This document shows positions 58,283 to 64,000 of a stretch of 64,000 nucleotides of DNA, piece after piece; within the stretch, counting starts at the first letter, position 1, and each line of letters starts with the position of its first letter. Below the pieces are notes generated by a model. That model was given only the letters and a program-made list of their open reading frames with translations, searched no databases and was not told the origin of the DNA. Location of the stretch: positions 3,264,001 to 3,328,000 of the forward strand of contig CBDASK010000003.1 of assembly GCA_965199495.1 (NCBI GenBank). The letters are read 5' to 3'. The stretch is from Abditibacterium sp. (GTDB lineage Bacteria; Armatimonadota; Abditibacteriia; Abditibacteriales; Abditibacteriaceae). The position numbers and the translations under genes are program-made.

Positions 58283-59884
58283 ATGCCTTCCGTTCCACCG
58301 CCCGCGCCGCTCGATGCGTCATTGCCACAACCCGTCGAAACAACAGCCACGCCGCCTGTGCCGATACGCCAGAGCGGCGCGTCCATCGTGCGCAACACGT
58401 TGGTGGCGAATTTGGCGACGCTGTTTTCGATATTTACCGGCTTTTTTCTGACGCCGATTTTGTTGCGCGCGCTGGGCGCCGATACTTTTGGCGTGTGGTC
58501 GCTGGCGCTGGGCATTATCGGCCAACTGGCGATCATCCAACTGGGGCTGAATACGGCGATTCCTCAGCAGGTCGCCGCCAAACTGGCGCTGGGCGACCGC
58601 GACGGCCTCGACAAAATCTTCTCGACGGCTTTTGCCGCTTATCTGGCGTGCGCCGCGTTGAGTCTGCTCGCGACGGGCGTTTTTATTTTCATCGCGCCCC
58701 ACTTTTTCAAAGTTGCGCCGTCGCAGTTGGGCACGATTCGCTGGACTTTATTGGTTTTGGGCGTTAATCAAGCGTTGGCTTTTGGCGTGGCTCTGCGCGA
58801 CGCCTTGGTGTTCGGTTCGGGTCGCATGTTCCTGACTTCGAGCATCAACATGGTGGTCAATCTGGGCATCACGTTGGGCTTTATCGCGATGGCACTGGCC
58901 GGGCGCGGCACCGTCGGCATGGCGGGCGTGATGCTGTGCGCCACCATCGTCAACCTCGCGCTTTATCAGCGTTTATTGTCCGATGAGTTTTCCGGTCTCA
59001 AACCCAGCCGCCGCCAATTCAGCCGCGAAACACTACAACGTTTGCTGCGCGTCGGGCGCGATCAATTCGCGATTTCTTTATCGGGCGTAGTTTCGTTTGG
59101 CGCCAACAGTTTGATTTTGGGCGTTTTACTAACGCCCAACGCGCTCGCGCTTTACGCGCTGTCGGTGCGGCTGATGAATTTCATCGAGCAGATTTCGACC
59201 AAGTTTTCGTCGGTCTCGCTACCGGTTTACGCGCAGGCCCACGCGGCGGGCGATAAAGCGCAGATGCGACGCATTTTTACCGAAAGCATTACGGTCAGCA
59301 TGGGCATCGCTGTGCCGTTTTTTCTCGTCTCGCTGGTGCTGGGCAAACGATTAATGCTGGCGTGGGTTGGCCCGCATCACGACGAGGCCGCGACGTTATG
59401 GGCGTTGGGTATGGCGATGTTTATCTGTCGTTTGCCGGGCCAAATCGCCATCACAATTCTCAACGGCGCCGAGAAAACCGGCTTAATCATCAAAGTGTTT
59501 TTGGCCGCGTCGGTCGTTGATCTGGCGCTCTCGTATGGGCTGACGCGCCAATTGGGCGCGGGCGGCGTTTATATCGGCTCGATCATCGTCGGCGCGGCGA
59601 TTGATTTCGGTTGGTTGCCGTGGTTCGTGTGCCGCGAATTCGGCTTTTCGCCGCGCGCGTTTTGGGCCGACGGCCTGTTGCCGCTATTGCCATCGGTCAT
59701 TGTCGGCGGCGCCGTGGCTGTTGCACTCGCGCGCGCGCCGTTGCCATCGGGCACGCTCACAACGTTAGCCGCGACCCTCGTTCTGCTGGGCTGTTCGTGG
59801 ATAACGTGGTTTTTCGTCGGTCTGCCAGCCAGCCGCCGCGAACGTTTCATGCGCGCACTGGGACGCGCAATGCGGCGCGGTTGA
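58283..59884 (+). CDS. Wzx-type polysaccharide flippase
   Basis: N..ANL...GFFLTPILLRALG...FGVW; 12-14 TMs. Confidence 0.85.
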   Translation: MPSVPPPAPLDASLPQPVETTATPPVPIRQSGASIVRNTLVANLATLFSIFTGFFLTPILLRALGADTFGVWSLALGIIGQLAIIQLGLNTAIPQQVAAKLALGDRDGLDKIFSTAFAAYLACAALSLLATGVFIFIAPHFFKVAPSQLGTIRWTLLVLGVNQALAFGVALRDALVFGSGRMFLTSSINMVVNLGITLGFIAMALAGRGTVGMAGVMLCATIVNLALYQRLLSDEFSGLKPSRRQFSRETLQRLLRVGRDQFAISLSGVVSFGANSLILGVLLTPNALALYALSVRLMNFIEQISTKFSSVSLPVYAQAHAAGDKAQMRRIFTESITVSMGIAVPFFLVSLVLGKRLMLAWVGPHHDEAATLWALGMAMFICRLPGQIAITILNGAEKTGLIIKVFLAASVVDLALSYGLTRQLGAGGVYIGSIIVGAAIDFGWLPWFVCREFGFSPRAFWADGLLPLLPSVIVGGAVAVALARAPLPSGTLTTLAATLVLLGCSWITWFFVGLPASRRERFMRALGRAMRRG

Positions 59885-59930
59885 TGCGAGCGCATCGGCT
59901 AAACTGGCGCATTTGTTGTTTGAATGCCGT

Positions 59931-61082
59931 ATGAAGATCGCTTTATTTCCCAGCGCGTTTCATCCCAATCTGGGTGGCGTCGAAGAATTGACCCGCCAAC
60001 TGGCGCACGCGCTGCAACGACGCGAGCATCAAATACTTATCGTAACGCAGCGCTGGCCGCGCGATTTGCCCGCCACCGAAGAATTTGAAGGCTTGCCGCT
60101 TTATCGCGTGGCGTTTGCGGGCGCGCCACAAGGCTGGAACGCGGGCGCGCTCAAGGCGCGCGCGCAATGGAACAATCGTCGCCGCATCGCCGAACGCGAA
60201 ACCGCGCGCATTTTGCACGAAACGGGCGCCGATTTGGTTCACATCCAATGCGCGGGGCCAAACGCTTATTATGCGCACCATGCCGCGCGCGAATTGAAGT
60301 TGCCGCTTGTTCTCAGTGCGCAGGGCGAATTGACGATGGACGCGACGGGACTTTATCAGAAATCGGGCTGGATGCGCGGCGTCTTGCGCGAAATCCTGCG
60401 CGACGCCGCGCAAATTACGGCCTGTTCGCGCAATTCGCTGAACGACCTCGAAAACTTCGCGCGCCCGCTTGCAATTGCCGAAAAATCGCGCGTGATTTAC
60501 AACGGCATCTCGCGCGCCGATTTCGCCGCCGCGCCCGATGCAGCCACGGCGCCGCGCCCCTATGTTTTCGCGATGGGGCGATTCGTCAAACAGAAGGGAT
60601 TCGATGTTTTAATCGACGCATTTATCCGCGCCGAAATAAACGAGTTCGATTTAATAATCGCGGGCGCTGGCCCCGAACAATCCACGCTCGAATCGTTGGC
60701 GCAAAACGCGCCCAACGTGAGTTTCTGGGGACGCGCCGAGCGCGCCGATGTCGTGCGCTTGTTGCGTGGTTGCGCGTGGTTTGTATTGCCTTCGCGCGTC
60801 GAGCCGCAGGGCATCGTTAATCTCGAAGCGATGGCCGCCGGGCGCGCGGTTGTCGCCTCGCGAACCGGCGGCGTGCCCGAAATCGTGTTGGACGGCCAAA
60901 CTGGGGTTTTAGTCGAACCGGATAACGTCGAATCGTTGGCAAACGCGCTGCGCGAAATGGCGACGCAACCCGCGCGCCGCGACGCGTTGGGCGCGGCGGG
61001 ATTTCAGCGCGCGCAAAGTTTCGATTGGGACGCGATAGCGGCGCAATACGAAACGGTTTATCGAGCGGCGTTAGAGAAATAA
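59931..61082 (+). CDS. Glycosyltransferase family 4
   Basis: P.LGGVE, GRFVKQKG, PSRVEPQGIVNLEAMA. Confidence 0.92.
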   Translation: MKIALFPSAFHPNLGGVEELTRQLAHALQRREHQILIVTQRWPRDLPATEEFEGLPLYRVAFAGAPQGWNAGALKARAQWNNRRRIAERETARILHETGADLVHIQCAGPNAYYAHHAARELKLPLVLSAQGELTMDATGLYQKSGWMRGVLREILRDAAQITACSRNSLNDLENFARPLAIAEKSRVIYNGISRADFAAAPDAATAPRPYVFAMGRFVKQKGFDVLIDAFIRAEINEFDLIIAGAGPEQSTLESLAQNAPNVSFWGRAERADVVRLLRGCAWFVLPSRVEPQGIVNLEAMAAGRAVVASRTGGVPEIVLDGQTGVLVEPDNVESLANALREMATQPARRDALGAAGFQRAQSFDWDAIAAQYETVYRAALEK

Positions 61083-61088
61083 TCAACT

Positions 61089-62306
61089 ATGCAATCGCCC
61101 GAACCCTTCGATTTAATCTACATCGCGCTCGAACCGTGGGACGAAGTGTGGCGCCGTAACCAACCGCTCTGCGCCGAATTGGCGCGCAGTGGCGCGTCAA
61201 GGCGCATTGTTTATGTCGAGCCGCCGCGCGTCGTGCCTTATTGGCTGGTGCGTCCGCAAATGCGGCGCACCGACCTCAAACGGCGCGGATTGCGACCGGT
61301 CAAAGGGCGCGGCGGGCATAACATCGCCGGTATTCAAGCGTTCGCGCCGTTGCAAATTTTGCCCAACACTTTCGCGCCGTTGCGCGCGTTCAACCAGTGG
61401 CACGAACGCCAACAATTGCGCGCGATTTCGCGGCGCGCGGGTTTGAACCATCCCACGCTTTACACCAATTCGCACTGGGCCGCACCGCTCGCCGGAACGC
61501 TAAATGAGCGCGGTCTGGTCTACGATATCGGCGACGATTGGCTCGCCGTCCCCGACAAACGTTTGGATCGCATCCGCGCGGACGACGAATTGTTGTGTCG
61601 CGAAGCGGGCGCGACAATTGTAGTTTCGGGGCGGTTGCGCGAACTCAAAACGCCGCTTTCCAATCGCGTCGAACTCGTGCCCAACGGCGTAGATGTCGAA
61701 CATTACCAAGGCGCCGTGGCTGCTAAGAGCGAGGCGCATCCTATCGCGAAAAATTGGCGCAAACCGGTGCTGGGATATTTGGGTTCGATTCACGCCGAAC
61801 GCGTGGATTTGCCATTAATTGAAGCGCTTTCTCAGGCGTTACCCGACGCGACGATTGCTCTGGTTGGGCCAATTTTGCTCGATGAAAAAGACAAAACGCG
61901 TTTGGCGAAATTGCCCAATGTCGCATTAACCGGTTCGGTGGCGTTCGAGGAATCGCCCGCCGTTTTGCGGGCGTTTGATGTTTTTTTGGTGCCGCACGTC
62001 GAAAGCGATTTTACGCGCAGCCTGAACCCACTTAAACTGGGCGAGTATCTTTCGATTGGCAAACCCATCGTCTCGACGCGCGTCGCCGGATTCGCCGAGT
62101 TGGAAGGCCAAACCGCCGCCGACGGCACGCCGCTCTGCCGCTTAGCCACCGGCGCCAAAGATTTTATCGAACAATGCCGGTTGGCCCTGGGCGAATCGGA
62201 CGCCGTCGCGCCGAACGAGCGACGCGAAATCGCGCAAAGTATGAGTTGGCGCGAGCGTGTCTCGCGTATCGCGGAAATCGTGCGCGAGGTGCGCGCGGCA
62301 GTTTGA
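61089..62306 (+). CDS. Glycosyltransferase (GT-B, TuaH-like)
   Basis: VYDIGDD, VPNGVD, GYLG, P.KL.EYL..GKPIVS. Confidence 0.85.
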   Translation: MQSPEPFDLIYIALEPWDEVWRRNQPLCAELARSGASRRIVYVEPPRVVPYWLVRPQMRRTDLKRRGLRPVKGRGGHNIAGIQAFAPLQILPNTFAPLRAFNQWHERQQLRAISRRAGLNHPTLYTNSHWAAPLAGTLNERGLVYDIGDDWLAVPDKRLDRIRADDELLCREAGATIVVSGRLRELKTPLSNRVELVPNGVDVEHYQGAVAAKSEAHPIAKNWRKPVLGYLGSIHAERVDLPLIEALSQALPDATIALVGPILLDEKDKTRLAKLPNVALTGSVAFEESPAVLRAFDVFLVPHVESDFTRSLNPLKLGEYLSIGKPIVSTRVAGFAELEGQTAADGTPLCRLATGAKDFIEQCRLALGESDAVAPNERREIAQSMSWRERVSRIAEIVREVRAAV

Positions 62307-62322
62307 GTTCTCACTAAAATCC

Positions 62323-63276
62323 ATGCAATCGCCACTTGTCAGCGTCATTTTCGTTTCGTTCAATACGCGCGATTTAACTTTGCGCGCGCTCGAAGCCGTT
62401 GAACGCGCCGCGCGCGATTTGAGCGTCGAAATCTGGGTCATGGATAACGCGTCGCGAGACGACAGCGTCGCGTGTATTCGCGCGCGTTTTCCCGCTGTCG
62501 AAATCATCGAATCAAAAGTAAATCTCGGTTTTGGCGCCGCCAATAATTTGGCGATGAAACGCGCGCGCGGCGAATATTTTTTATTGGTTAACACCGACGC
62601 GTTTCTCGAATCCGACGCGTTGCGCGAACTCTTAAGCGCCGCCAATCGTCATCCGCGAGCGGCGGTTGTGGCGCCGCGCGTATTGAACGCAGACGGTTCG
62701 CGCCAGAAAAGCGTGTGGCCATTTCCTACGCCCGCTCAGTCGTGGGGCGAAAATTTGGGTTTGAATTGGTTCGCGCGGCGCTTCAATGAGCGCCTGAGAA
62801 AAAGTCATTCGCCCGACGACGAAGGCGAAATTCCGTGGGCGATTGGCGCGTGTTTAATGGTGCGGCGCGCGGCCTACCAACAAATCGGCGGATTCGACGC
62901 GCGCTTTTGGATGTATGCCGAAGAAACCGACTGGCAAAAAACCATGCGCGAAAACGGTTGGCAAATCGTGTTCGCGCCCGCCGCGTACGTCACTCATTTG
63001 GGCGGCGCCAGTGGCGCCGGCAGCGCGCGCGTTTCGCGCGAATTTTACGCTTCGATGGAAAATTACACGCTCAAGCATCACGGGCGCGCCGGTTTGTATT
63101 CGGCGCGCACGGCGCTTTTGTTGGGACAATTCGCGCGTTTACCGTTCTTTGGGCTTTACGTCTTGCTGCGGCCACGCGATGCGCGCGGGCGCGCCAAACT
63201 CAAGTTGGCCCGTTGGCTAGTGCAGCGCGGCGTACGCGCCAGTTTGCCCTTCGCGCTCAAAAAATTGAAACCATGA
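62323..63276 (+). CDS. Glycosyltransferase family 2
   Basis: VS.N, DNAS.D, NLGFGAANN, NTD, GGFD..F.MY.EE.D. Confidence 0.92.
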   Translation: MQSPLVSVIFVSFNTRDLTLRALEAVERAARDLSVEIWVMDNASRDDSVACIRARFPAVEIIESKVNLGFGAANNLAMKRARGEYFLLVNTDAFLESDALRELLSAANRHPRAAVVAPRVLNADGSRQKSVWPFPTPAQSWGENLGLNWFARRFNERLRKSHSPDDEGEIPWAIGACLMVRRAAYQQIGGFDARFWMYAEETDWQKTMRENGWQIVFAPAAYVTHLGGASGAGSARVSREFYASMENYTLKHHGRAGLYSARTALLLGQFARLPFFGLYVLLRPRDARGRAKLKLARWLVQRGVRASLPFALKKLKP

Positions 63277-64000
63277 CACTTCTGCTGGGATTGGCTTATG
63301 CTCTCGTTTTCGTCGCGGTCTGCGCGCGCCGTCCGCAGTGGGCGCTCATCGCCATCTTCGCGACTTCGCCGCTCCAATTTGATCTGGGCAGTGGCGCGCT
63401 CAAATATTCCATCACCGAAATCAACTTGCTATTGACGCTCCCGTTGTTAGCACTCCGTCTACGCGAGTCGCGTCATGGCGCCTCGCTGGGGCCGCTGACG
63501 TTGCCAATTTGCGCCTATCTGCTCGTGTGCGCGTTGTCCACGTTCATCAACTGGCAGGGCAGCGAAGCCGTCGTTTCGTGGGTGCAGATGTTCCTTTACA
63601 TCGTGGTGACGGTCTTGGTTTTCGCCTATCTCTGCCCGCCCGAACAGGTGCGTAAAGTGCCGTATTATTTGGTTGGCGTTTGCGTTTTGTGGGCGCTTTT
63701 TGGCATGAAAGTCCATTTCGACTTCATGTTTCTGCGCAAAAACGCGTTCGGCTCCAGTCTGGCGATGGGTTTTTTGTGCGCCTACGATGGATGGATCGCC
63801 CGTGGCTACCTCAAACGCCCGCTCTGGCAGGATAAAGCGCGTCTGGCTTTGACGGGTGCGATGCTCATTATTTTTACCGGTCTGCTGATGACGCTTTCGC
63901 GCGGCGCGTGGCTGGGCGCCGTCGGCGGAATTATCGTCATTGGAATCTTGCGCGGCTCGGTCAAGCCACTGCTGAAAATTAGCGCCGTTTTAGTGCCGAT
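63273..64000 (+). CDS. O-antigen ligase/Wzy-like membrane protein (runs off window end)
   Basis: Manual translation MTLLLGLAYALVFVAVCARRPQWAL...KNAFG...TLSRGAWLG; overlaps the GT2 stop. Confidence 0.8.
   Translation, partial: MTLLLGLAYALVFVAVCARRPQWALIAIFATSPLQFDLGSGALKYSITEINLLLTLPLLALRLRESRHGASLGPLTLPICAYLLVCALSTFINWQGSEAVVSWVQMFLYIVVTVLVFAYLCPPEQVRKVPYYLVGVCVLWALFGMKVHFDFMFLRKNAFGSSLAMGFLCAYDGWIARGYLKRPLWQDKARLALTGAMLIIFTGLLMTLSRGAWLGAVGGIIVIGILRGSVKPLLKISAVLVP

Overview
Bacterial chromosomal window, GC-rich coding DNA with AT-rich spacers and about 55 genes. The DUF1559 prepilin protein ([16 protein letters not shown]...H-X9-DG) and general gene style suggest Armatimonadota/Abditibacteriota; this is an inference. 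Most content is housekeeping: dtd, rlmN, tRNA-Gln, ung, hisN-like, accB, hom, pdxS-folB-folK-panD, phoR-like kinase, pgm, lon, aroK, proA, a sugar ABC operon, GH43/GH51 hydrolases, and the start of an EPS/O-antigen locus. There is no CRISPR array, prophage or rRNA. Four things stand out. (1) A non-palindromic motif GCAGCCACG(NCG) occurs at least 27 times on both strands, nearly always inside genes and in several reading frames, like a DNA uptake sequence or other chromosome-wide signal. (2) Many intergenic gaps hold long palindromes from several REP/REPIN-like families, including a perfect 128-bp inverted repeat and one element split by an IS481-family insertion. (3) Several proteins have unusual architectures: SWIM-UNG, receiver-zinc ribbon, J-domain-HTH. 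(4) A stand-alone phage-type annealing-like protein sits behind a near-consensus promoter. All counts and coordinates were read by eye; no database searches were run.
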